NCBI GenBank assembly: GCA_048885925.1
Contig: JBHLLG010000003.1
Span: 1-64,000, forward strand
DNA from: Candidatus Hermodarchaeota archaeon
GTDB taxonomy: Archaea > Asgardarchaeota > Lokiarchaeia > Sigyniarchaeales > SOKP01
Length of the DNA: 64,000 bases
Reading direction: 5' to 3'
Every line of letters starts with the position of its first letter. Position 1 is the first letter of the stretch. The position numbers and the translations under genes were made by a program. Positions 20,656 through 29,260 of the stretch are shown one piece after another. The notes beneath the pieces were generated by a model that was not told the origin of the DNA, ran no database searches, and saw only the letters and a list, made by a program, of their open reading frames with translations.

Positions 20656-20817
20656 TCTATATAGATAATTTGAGCTAAATTTTACTTTTTCATAAATATT
20701 TTTAATGAATTATTTGCTTTGTCTATATAGACTATATAGTAATTATTTTAAAAAGAACAATTATTTATTCTATATAACTAAATAATAACATTAATGATAT
20801 TTAATATTCTATATAGA
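20656..20817. promoter_or_regulatory. Cluster of CTATATAG palindromes upstream of phoU (candidate operators)
   Basis: TCTATATAGA at 20656, 20722 and 20808; ACTATATAGT at 20731; near match at 20769. Confidence 0.6.
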
Positions 20818-20844
20818 TTTAAATACATAATTTAGGGGGAAATT

Positions 20845-21843
20845 ATGGTTTTTCATATTGAAACAAGAAAAGTACAAAAAACCGGTGGAAGTTCGTATAT
20901 TATAAGTCTGCCGAAGTTGTGGATTGATAAGCATGGCATTGAGAAAAATGATACCTTAGGTATACTAAGTCAACCAGATGGAAATTTACTAATTACTCCA
21001 AAAATTGATTCTGAAGAATACATAAAAAGTAAGGTTCTTGATGTAGACGGAATAACAGATTCTAATTATTTATTTCGCCTTTTAATCGGAATGTATGTTA
21101 TGGGATATACTGTTATTACAATCAAATCTAGTAAAAAATTTGAACCTTCTATTAGAGATACTGTTATAAATTTTACTCAAATTGCAATTGGACCTGAAAT
21201 AGTAGAGGAATCTAATAATATAATAATAATGAAAGATTTACTAAATCCTAAAGAGATGCCTTTTGAAAAAACTATTCGAAGGATGTATGTACTAGCTGAG
21301 GATATGCATGAAAATGCGATTAAAGCCATGAATTCTGGTGATAAGACACTAGCTGAAGAAGTTATTAAGAGAGATGACGAAGTTGACCGATTACACTGGT
21401 TAATAGGGCGTCAATCAAATATAGTTTTAAGAGACATTATTCTATGTCAAAAGATGGGTATTATTTTAGAAGATATTTCTCATTTTCAGTCAATGAGTAG
21501 GTTTTTAGAAAGAATATCTGATCATGCTGTTAAGATAGCAAAAAATGTTTTGTTAATTGAAACAATTGATAAAAAAATTGTTAGTGATCTTCTAAAAGCA
21601 AGCAAAATTTGTTTAGAAATGCTTGATATTAGTTTGGATTCATGGTTACATAAAAATATAAATTTAGCAAATGAAAATATTGAGTCAGTTAAAACTCTAA
21701 TCGAAGTTTGTGAGAATATTTATCTTAAATTAGATAAAGTCTCTGAATTCTCAGTTCCAATTGGCTACATAATTGAAAGTATTAGACGAACAGGTGAATA
21801 TTCCGTAGACATTTCAGAAGTTATTATTAATAAATTGATTTAG
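20845..21843 (+). CDS. phoU: Phosphate uptake regulator PhoU with N-terminal AbrB/MazE domain
   Basis: RKVQKTGGSSYIISLPKLW (AbrB), DDEVDRL, LERISDHAVKIA. Confidence 0.93.
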   Translation: MVFHIETRKVQKTGGSSYIISLPKLWIDKHGIEKNDTLGILSQPDGNLLITPKIDSEEYIKSKVLDVDGITDSNYLFRLLIGMYVMGYTVITIKSSKKFEPSIRDTVINFTQIAIGPEIVEESNNIIIMKDLLNPKEMPFEKTIRRMYVLAEDMHENAIKAMNSGDKTLAEEVIKRDDEVDRLHWLIGRQSNIVLRDIILCQKMGIILEDISHFQSMSRFLERISDHAVKIAKNVLLIETIDKKIVSDLLKASKICLEMLDISLDSWLHKNINLANENIESVKTLIEVCENIYLKLDKVSEFSVPIGYIIESIRRTGEYSVDISEVIINKLI

Positions 21844-21877
21844 GAATGTCTAAATCAATAAGAGATTTAAGACTAAC

Positions 21878-22771
21878 TTAATTCTTTTTATTTTCTAAAG
21901 GCCAATTTAGTAAAGATACGATTAAATTTTCTCTAGATAGATCTCCTTGAGTTAATTTACCGATTACACTTTCTCTTTTGAAAATTCTTTTTACTATTTT
22001 TTTATGAATCTGCTCTTCAGAGAAATCCTCTTTATCGAGAATATTATAATTTTCATGGACTTTTTTGTGTAAATTTTTGATTTCATTGCTCTTTTCAATT
22101 AAAAAGTCTCTTCCTTGTAAAACACCATTTCCCGCCGAAAATATTAATAAATTATTCATACCCTCTGTAAATTCATATAATTTTTGAAGTGATTCATAAA
22201 TTAATGATATATCTTCTTGTATATCACTATTTTTTCCAAATAACATTTTATATTTAGGTTGTACAGCATCAGCTACAAAAGCCCATTGTTTTGTTTTTTC
22301 AATTAAAGCAACCAATTCTGGAGCATGTCCCGGTATAGGAAATAATTCAAATTTATAGCTTTTGGATCTTGTTATAATTGGCTTATCAATTATTTTTGCA
22401 TTGACAGGTAATAATTTTGGACCCCATGCCATTTGTCGATATTCAGGATATATATTTTCAGATTTTAAAAGGTCTACTGCCTTTTTACTTGTATATACAG
22501 GAATTCCAAATTCAATATTTAATAGATGGGCACCACCTGCGTGATCTTCATGTGTATGTGTAATAAAGCACTTATTAATCATTTGATCATTAGCGAGAGT
22601 TTTAACAAATACTTTTAGATCTTCTTCTCCTCCTGGAGCACCAGAGTCAATAAGAAGTCCATCTACTAAATAACAAGATGTAAAATATGGGTATGGCATT
22701 AATGGGTTGTCTGAAGCCCATTGCCATTCCAAAACTTCCTCATTGCAATAATAATTTATGCGAACGACCAA
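21878..22771 (-). CDS. Metallo-beta-lactamase fold hydrolase
   Basis: LIDSG, THTHEDHAGG, PGH, AD motifs. Confidence 0.88.
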   Translation of the reverse strand: MVVRINYYCNEEVLEWQWASDNPLMPYPYFTSCYLVDGLLIDSGAPGGEEDLKVFVKTLANDQMINKCFITHTHEDHAGGAHLLNIEFGIPVYTSKKAVDLLKSENIYPEYRQMAWGPKLLPVNAKIIDKPIITRSKSYKFELFPIPGHAPELVALIEKTKQWAFVADAVQPKYKMLFGKNSDIQEDISLIYESLQKLYEFTEGMNNLLIFSAGNGVLQGRDFLIEKSNEIKNLHKKVHENYNILDKEDFSEEQIHKKIVKRIFKRESVIGKLTQGDLSRENLIVSLLNWPLENKKN

Positions 22772-22823
22772 AAATTAGCCTCTATTTATACAAGTTTTAG
22801 ATATTAATAAAGAAAATATAAAT

Positions 22824-23933
22824 CTATTCCACTTTAATTTTTTTCAGGGGGATAAAGACATCTCTGAGACCGGTTCTTTCAAGTTGTATAACATTTTCTG
22901 GGCAATGATGAGTACAGACTCCACATCCAATGCATTTGTTTTCATCAACCACTGATATATCATCTTCTAAATCAAGTGCCTCAACTGGACATTTTTCAGC
23001 ACAGATCCCGCAACCAATACAATTCTCATCGTCCACTTTTGCGATGTAGGAACTAACTGTATGTAATGGTGTAATTCCGCGATGATACATTTGAAAAATT
23101 CCACAGCAGCATTTGCAACAATTACAAACTGCTTCGAGACCTCTCTGAGGATCAGAATGAACGTGAAAAGCTTTATGAACTAATCCATAATCTTCTGCTT
23201 CTCTACATAATCTCAATGCTTCATCTTTCGAAATAGGTTTAGCAAAATTATGCTCTATTGCATATTGAGCAGACTTATCTAAAAGAAAGCAATTTAGTTT
23301 TGGAGCTCCCAATTTACATGGATTATTGAGGAGATCATGTTCATGACGGCAATAACAGTGTGCTACCGCTATACCATTTTCTTCTTTTCCATACTCCTCG
23401 AAATAGCTTTTTAGTTCTTCATAAGGCATTACACTTTCAGTACCAACTGTAACTTCTTTTTCAACTGGTAATGTTTGATCAACTGGAAGTGCTTGTTTAA
23501 ATAACACTGAAATAGATTCATAATTATTTTGAGCCTTTTCTGATAATTCACTGAACAATTTCTCGGATAACTCTGCAAATCTCTTTTTTTTATCATCAAC
23601 TTTTCCATTCATTAATGTATATTCAAAAATGCCGGGATAAGGACCCATTAAACGATAAACCATAATTCCTGCACTTCGACTTAGAGCACCTACGATAATT
23701 CCATTATCCATTAAATCATTCAGCATTTCTTTTATTTGTTCATGGTCTAATTCTGATTTTTGTTTGATTTGTTCAAACGTTAATGATGGTTTCTTGAAAA
23801 CTAAAAGAAATTTGGCTTGTTCTTCATTTATGACTAACTGAAGAAATTGTATAAGAGTATCAGTAATAGGAAATGGAAATGCTCCTGCTTTAACAATTTT
23901 TCTTGCTACTTTATACCATAATCTATCAATCAT
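22824..23933 (-). CDS. 4Fe-4S dicluster domain protein with N-terminal HTH-like region
   Basis: CYCRH, CNCCKCCC, and two CxxCxxCxxxCP motifs. Confidence 0.88.
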   Translation of the reverse strand: MIDRLWYKVARKIVKAGAFPFPITDTLIQFLQLVINEEQAKFLLVFKKPSLTFEQIKQKSELDHEQIKEMLNDLMDNGIIVGALSRSAGIMVYRLMGPYPGIFEYTLMNGKVDDKKKRFAELSEKLFSELSEKAQNNYESISVLFKQALPVDQTLPVEKEVTVGTESVMPYEELKSYFEEYGKEENGIAVAHCYCRHEHDLLNNPCKLGAPKLNCFLLDKSAQYAIEHNFAKPISKDEALRLCREAEDYGLVHKAFHVHSDPQRGLEAVCNCCKCCCGIFQMYHRGITPLHTVSSYIAKVDDENCIGCGICAEKCPVEALDLEDDISVVDENKCIGCGVCTHHCPENVIQLERTGLRDVFIPLKKIKVE

Positions 23934-24153
23934 TTTATTAATATCCCCTCTTAATTTTTTTGAAATTAATTTTTAACTTATAAAAAAATCCATGATTTAA
24001 TTACATTATTAGAATAGTCCATAATGAAATTAAATTAGAGGATATCAATAGCTATAAATTAGAATCCATAAATTCTAATGACTCTTTATTATTTTTAATC
24101 AATAGCTCTTCTATTCCCATTAACCCACAAATGGGTTGAGGTAAAATAAAGAT

Positions 24154-24327
24154 ATGATGAGAGAAGTCCAAGAACGAATAAATAAATTGGAGCTCACTAT
24201 AAATCTTTTAGAAGAACATTTAAAAAAGTATGAACACCTCATAGAATCCCTCCCTCTTAAGTTTATTAAAAGACAGATTAAGTTCTATAAACGCGAACTC
24301 AAAATAAGGAAAGATTATCCTCTATAA
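24154..24327 (+). CDS. Unannotated 57-aa coiled-coil small protein
   Basis: MMREVQERINKLELTINLLEEHLKKYEHLIESLPLKFIKRQIKFYKRELKIRKDYPL; GAGGT upstream; T-rich tract downstream. Confidence 0.55.
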   Translation: MMREVQERINKLELTINLLEEHLKKYEHLIESLPLKFIKRQIKFYKRELKIRKDYPL

Positions 24328-24520
24328 AATGCTAAAATTCCTCTTTTTATTCCAATTTTCATACTCAAAAGTATAATCTTGTTATTATCTTTAATTTCAG
24401 TTATCAATTATGGAATTAAACCTTTCTAATTTGGAATCTGAATATTATTAAATATAAAAACAATAGTACCTTTTAAGATGCAATTATAAGATATTATCAC
24501 AGAACATTCTTTTTTTTATT

Positions 24521-25834
24521 ATGATAGAAAATAAAGTTCGGTTTAAAAACAGTTATATAGGAATATTTTCACTTAATTATTTTATTCAGGGAATGAATCA
24601 GAGTATGTTTACTGTTGTTATTCCTATTTATTTAATTTTAGAGTTAGGTTCAATAGGAGGGGAAAATATTGCATTTTTAACATCAATTGTTTTGTTACCT
24701 TTTGCTATTAAATTTATTTACGGAATGTTAAGCGATAAAATTGCATTAAAAAAGCTAGGGAGACGAAAACCTTGGATTATTGCGTTCATGATTATTTCTG
24801 GTTTCATTTGGATATTTATTCCTTTTATTATTGAAGCTGAAAAAGCATTTATTATATTTACCTTAGGGGGTATATTTATTGCTCTTGGAGTTGCCATTGC
24901 GGATACAGCTATCGATGGTTTAATTCTTGATATTTGCCCTAAAGAGAAACTTGGAAGGGTACAAGGAATATGTTGGGGAGTAAGATCACTAGGAATTATT
25001 ATAGGAGGGCCTTTAATTGTAGTTCTATATCTCTTAATTGGAGGGAGTATTGATTTAATCTTTATCATATTGGGAATTTTGATGATAATATCACCCCTAA
25101 CGATTTTTCTAGTAAAAGAAATTGCTATAATTACAAAAATAAAAATTATTCCCAATTTAAAATTAATTTTTGGAAAAAGAAAGAATTGGAAAGTCTATAT
25201 GTTTTCATTGTTTAATTCATTTGTTGATGGAGTAATTTTTGTTTTCTTATCTCTCTATATTATTATTCAAACCCCATTACTTGAAGCTGAGGGTGCAACA
25301 ATAGGAATTCTAGAGACTGATGCTGATTTATATGGACCTAATGCATTTATATCATTCATAATTGGTATAGGTGTAATTTTAGGATCATTAATAGGAGGTC
25401 ATATTGCAGATTTAAAATCTCGAAGAATGAGTGTCTATTCATCACTTTTGGTCACAACCATCTTTATACTTCTATTTTTAATACCTGCTCCTGTTCCAAT
25501 TTTGATAGTTTTTGCATTTTTAATTGGATCTTCATCAGGATGGAGACAAGCTGGCTTTTCTGCTGTAATTGGTCAGATATCAACACAATACCCAGAAGTT
25601 GATTGTACTTATTTTGCTACATGTAATTCATTTATCAATTTTGGAGCTGTTTTAGGATTGCAAATTACCGGATTATTGTTTATTAGTTTAACAGGATTAA
25701 GTACATATGCGATTTATGCAATAGTATTTATCTTTATGATATTTATGTCAAATCTTGGATTTATACCTTTTTTGACAATAGACTCTAATGAATATGAATT
25801 AATATCAAAAAGAAAAGAACCTAAAAATATGTAA
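24521..25834 (+). CDS. MFS transporter (AmpG/BT1-like)
   Basis: LPFAIKFIYGMLSDK...GRRKPW, DTAIDG. Confidence 0.88.
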   Translation: MIENKVRFKNSYIGIFSLNYFIQGMNQSMFTVVIPIYLILELGSIGGENIAFLTSIVLLPFAIKFIYGMLSDKIALKKLGRRKPWIIAFMIISGFIWIFIPFIIEAEKAFIIFTLGGIFIALGVAIADTAIDGLILDICPKEKLGRVQGICWGVRSLGIIIGGPLIVVLYLLIGGSIDLIFIILGILMIISPLTIFLVKEIAIITKIKIIPNLKLIFGKRKNWKVYMFSLFNSFVDGVIFVFLSLYIIIQTPLLEAEGATIGILETDADLYGPNAFISFIIGIGVILGSLIGGHIADLKSRRMSVYSSLLVTTIFILLFLIPAPVPILIVFAFLIGSSSGWRQAGFSAVIGQISTQYPEVDCTYFATCNSFINFGAVLGLQITGLLFISLTGLSTYAIYAIVFIFMIFMSNLGFIPFLTIDSNEYELISKRKEPKNM

Positions 25835-25840
25835 GATTTA

Positions 25841-27103
25841 TTGTTTCTAAAAAGGTTTATTCTTTTATTAATAATAAAATCATATAAAAATAAACCTAAT
25901 TTTAAAGATAAGGTGATTCAAATTAGAATAGAATATTCTGAGAGGGTAAAAAGGCTTCCAACATATATATTTGTTGAAATAGAGCAACTTTTAGAGGAGA
26001 AGAGGAAAAAAGGTGTTGATCTTATACCTTTAGGAATTGGAGATCCTGACTTAAAAACTCCTGATTTGATCATTAATGAATTGATTGAACAGGTTAAGAA
26101 TCCAAGAAACCATAACTATCCTTCAAGTATGGGAGAAGAAGATTTTAGAGAAGCAGTGGCACGATGGTATAAAGTCAGATTTAATTTGAATTTAAATCCA
26201 AAAGATGAAATTTCTAACATAATTGGAGGAAAAGAAGGGGTGGCGAATATTGCACGAGCATTTGTAAATACGAAAGATGTTGTACTTTGTCCTAATCCCG
26301 GTTATCCTGTTTATGAGAATGGAGCAACAAAATTATGTGATGCGGATCCCTATTTAATGCCTTTATTAAAAGAGAACCAATTTTTACCTGATTTAGACTC
26401 TATTGATGATGATGTTCTTAAAAAGACAAAATTAATGTATTTAAATTATCCAAATAATCCAACAGGCGCAATAGCATCGAAAGAATTCCTGAAGAAAGCA
26501 GTTGATTATGCTGAAGATTATAATTTTTTCATTATTCACGATAATCCTTATTCAGAGTTTACGTTTGGAGATTATATAGCCCCCTCAATATTACAAATTG
26601 ATCAAAACCATGTAGAGATCAATAGTGCATCAAAAATGTTTAATATGACTGGTTTTAGGTGTGGTTGGATAGCTGGTAATAAAGATGTTATAAAAGGATT
26701 AAGAAATATTAAATCTCAAATTGATTCAGGGTGTCCTAAGTTTATACAAAGAGCTGTAATTAAAGGTTTAAATGAATATAAATCAGAAAAGAAGCCAAAC
26801 ATTGTTGATAATATAGTTAAAGTTTATGAAAAACGTAGAGATGTCCTTATAAAAGGTTTAAATGATATTGGGTGGATGACGAAAAAACCACAAGCAACTT
26901 TTTATGTCTGGACTCAAGTTCCAAAGAAATATCAAGAGATCAGTTGTATGGATTTTGTAAAAAAATTAATAGATGTTGGAGTTGTTATAACACCAGGAAT
27001 TGGTTTTGGTCAATATGGGGAGGGTTTTGTAAGATTTGCATTAACACAACCTGAAGAAAGAATAATTGATGCATTACAACGAATAAAAAAAGTAATTAAT
27101 TAA
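25841..27103 (+). CDS. dapL: Class I/II PLP aminotransferase, LL-diaminopimelate aminotransferase-like (true start probably ~25913-25922)
   Basis: LGIGDPD, GGKEG, NYPNNPTG, DNPYSE, SKMFNMTGFRCGW. Confidence 0.8.
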   Translation: MFLKRFILLLIIKSYKNKPNFKDKVIQIRIEYSERVKRLPTYIFVEIEQLLEEKRKKGVDLIPLGIGDPDLKTPDLIINELIEQVKNPRNHNYPSSMGEEDFREAVARWYKVRFNLNLNPKDEISNIIGGKEGVANIARAFVNTKDVVLCPNPGYPVYENGATKLCDADPYLMPLLKENQFLPDLDSIDDDVLKKTKLMYLNYPNNPTGAIASKEFLKKAVDYAEDYNFFIIHDNPYSEFTFGDYIAPSILQIDQNHVEINSASKMFNMTGFRCGWIAGNKDVIKGLRNIKSQIDSGCPKFIQRAVIKGLNEYKSEKKPNIVDNIVKVYEKRRDVLIKGLNDIGWMTKKPQATFYVWTQVPKKYQEISCMDFVKKLIDVGVVITPGIGFGQYGEGFVRFALTQPEERIIDALQRIKKVIN

Positions 27104-27162
27104 GTAAGATTAAAGAATTAAAAAAAATTATATCATTTTAAAATTTAGAATCAGATTATTTT

Positions 27163-27336
27163 TCATTTTGAAGAGTATTTCCTCCTAAGATACCCCAGCT
27201 TTTTCGCATCTTCAACCTCAAGATTTTCTATTAAATCATTTGGGCTATCAAATGCTAACATAACTGGAGCTTTAGAAGAATCCCAATTTTTATAATAATC
27301 TAATATTAGATCCAATTTATCGGATTCTTCTTCCAG
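27163..27336 (-). CDS. Unannotated 57-aa small protein, probable CTG start
   Basis: GGAGGTG SD 7 nt before CTG; open frame (M)EEESDKLDLILDYYKNWDSSKAPVMLAFDSPNDLIENLEVEDAKKLGYLRRKYSSK. Confidence 0.6.
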   Translation of the reverse strand: MEEESDKLDLILDYYKNWDSSKAPVMLAFDSPNDLIENLEVEDAKKLGYLRRKYSSK

Positions 27337-27572
27337 TAGTTTTCACCTCCTTTTTCTTTATTTAGCTTCCACGTAGAAGAATCAATCCCTATTCTCCCTA
27401 GATTTTACAATTTTCAGAAATATTATGTTAAGAGAACAAATCCTTCAAAGTTATAAAAAAGAGGGAGTAAATAAGGATTTATTCTCTTCATAATACTAAC
27501 TTTAATGGGATAATAAAGGCTTTCTTATAGCCTACCCATGTACAAGTAGTATTATGATGTGAAAAACTCATT
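27337..27572 (-). ncRNA. Putative structured 5' leader / cis-regulatory RNA
   Basis: Adjacent stems 27489-27498/27547-27556 and 27430-27445/27473-27488; loop complementary to the SD; BRE/TATA GGAAAG-TTTATAA at ~27596-27608 on the minus strand. Confidence 0.55.
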
Positions 27573-27745
27573 AAATAAGAAATATTAGAATAACCTTATA
27601 AACTTTCCCATTTCCTTCCCATTTGTCAAATTATTCAGATATATTGAGTTGACAATTAAGTATAACGAGTGTTTGATTAAATATCATAAAAATCTATTAA
27701 ATCAAGTACAATTTTAATTATCTAAGTCATTCACTTTCTAATATT

Positions 27746-29083
27746 ATGGTTTTAAAAAGCATGGATAAAAAAATTGTCTTAGTAGGCGCGGGAAGTACTA
27801 GTTTTGGACCTAAAATGTTTAATGATATTTTTTTAAGTGACATATTGGAAGGTTCAACTATAGTTCTTCATGATATCAATAAAGAGAAACTAGAGATGAT
27901 TTATGAATTATTGACAGTTGAAAATGAAAAGCGTGGTAGTAAATTCAATCTTGAAAGTACGATTGACCGAGTGAAAGCTCTCAAAGGGGCTGACTTTATA
28001 ATCAATTCTATAGAAGTTGGTGATAGAATGAAATTATGGCGACAAGATTATGAGATACCAAGAAAATATGGTTCAAAACAAATATTAGGAGAATGTGGAG
28101 GTCCTGGTGGCACTTTTCATGCGTGGAGAATAATTTCTCCAATTGTTGATATAGTTAGAGATGCTGATAAGATTTGTCCTAATGCATTTTTGATAAACTT
28201 CTCTAATCCTTTATCCCGAGTATCTTTGGCTATTAAACGAACTGTAAAAGATCTGAAATTTATTGGTTTATGTCATCAAATAGGCTTCCTTACAAAACAC
28301 TTACCCTCTATGTTTAAATATTCAATAAAAGAGCTTAAAATAAAAGTAGCAGGCCTCAATCATTTTGCTTTTCTTTTAGGATTAGAGGAGATGGCTAAAG
28401 GAAAGGATTTAATGCCAAAATTTAACAAAAAAGCTATTAACTACTTCAAAGAAAATGAAGATCGGTTTGAATTTTCTAAATTAACTCTTGAAGTCTTCAA
28501 AAGATTTGGATATTTTTCTTATGTTGGAGATAATCATCTTGGAGAATACTTGATTTTTGGATCTGAGTTCACAAAAAAGCAGGACATGATAGATTGGATA
28601 AATTATATAGATAACCAAGGTCAAATGGTATATGCAATGTTTGAGAATTATTATAAAAGATTTAAAAGAGGAAGATATCCGAATAAAGGGGTTTTATTAA
28701 AGAAACCTTCTGGTGAACGAGCGATTCCAATAATAGAGGCAATAATTAAAAATGAAAATTCTTATGAAATTGCCGTTAATATTCCTAATGATAATATAAT
28801 CGATAATTTGCCAAATGATTTAATTTTAGAATGTTCAGCAATTGTGAATAGAGATGGTGTGCATGGTGTTAAAATAGGTTCCTTACCCACAAGTATAGCT
28901 GCTCTACTGCGTATTGAAGCTTCAATCCAAGATTTTTGTGTCGAGGCAGTTTTAAAAAAATCTAAAGATATTGCAATCGCTTGTTTAGCAGTAGATCCGA
29001 ATGTTGGAAGTTTCGAAATGGCAGAAAACATCTACAACGATATGATTGAAGTACAAAAAGCCTTTTTACCCAATTTTAAATAA
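27746..29083 (+). CDS. Glycoside hydrolase family 4 (NAD+-dependent alpha-glucosidase/galactosidase)
   Basis: GAGS, ECGGPGG, NFSNP, GLCH, GLNH. Confidence 0.92.
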   Translation: MVLKSMDKKIVLVGAGSTSFGPKMFNDIFLSDILEGSTIVLHDINKEKLEMIYELLTVENEKRGSKFNLESTIDRVKALKGADFIINSIEVGDRMKLWRQDYEIPRKYGSKQILGECGGPGGTFHAWRIISPIVDIVRDADKICPNAFLINFSNPLSRVSLAIKRTVKDLKFIGLCHQIGFLTKHLPSMFKYSIKELKIKVAGLNHFAFLLGLEEMAKGKDLMPKFNKKAINYFKENEDRFEFSKLTLEVFKRFGYFSYVGDNHLGEYLIFGSEFTKKQDMIDWINYIDNQGQMVYAMFENYYKRFKRGRYPNKGVLLKKPSGERAIPIIEAIIKNENSYEIAVNIPNDNIIDNLPNDLILECSAIVNRDGVHGVKIGSLPTSIAALLRIEASIQDFCVEAVLKKSKDIAIACLAVDPNVGSFEMAENIYNDMIEVQKAFLPNFK

Positions 29084-29111
29084 TCTTGTCTTTTTTACAT
29101 TTGTTAAATTT

Positions 29112-29146
29112 TACTACTAAAATAAGAGATTTAGTGGTATTTTCTT
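29112..29146 (+). terminator. Hairpin plus T-tract after the GH4 gene
   Basis: TACTACTAAA...TTTAGTGGTA (10 bp, one G-U) followed by TTTTCTT. Confidence 0.45.
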
Positions 29147-29260
29147 GACTTTTACTAGTAATAGTTTGAATTAATCTTTAAATATTCTAACAAATTAGTA
29201 AATTTACCTCTGATAGATTTATAAACTTAAAATTACATTAAACTCACGATCCAATTAATT

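Noticed and set aside
25841-25912. Hydrophobic N-terminal extension on the aminotransferase resembling a signal peptide
   Set aside because: AT-rich promoter-like sequence; family similarity begins at RIEYSERV and GGTGA lies at 25912
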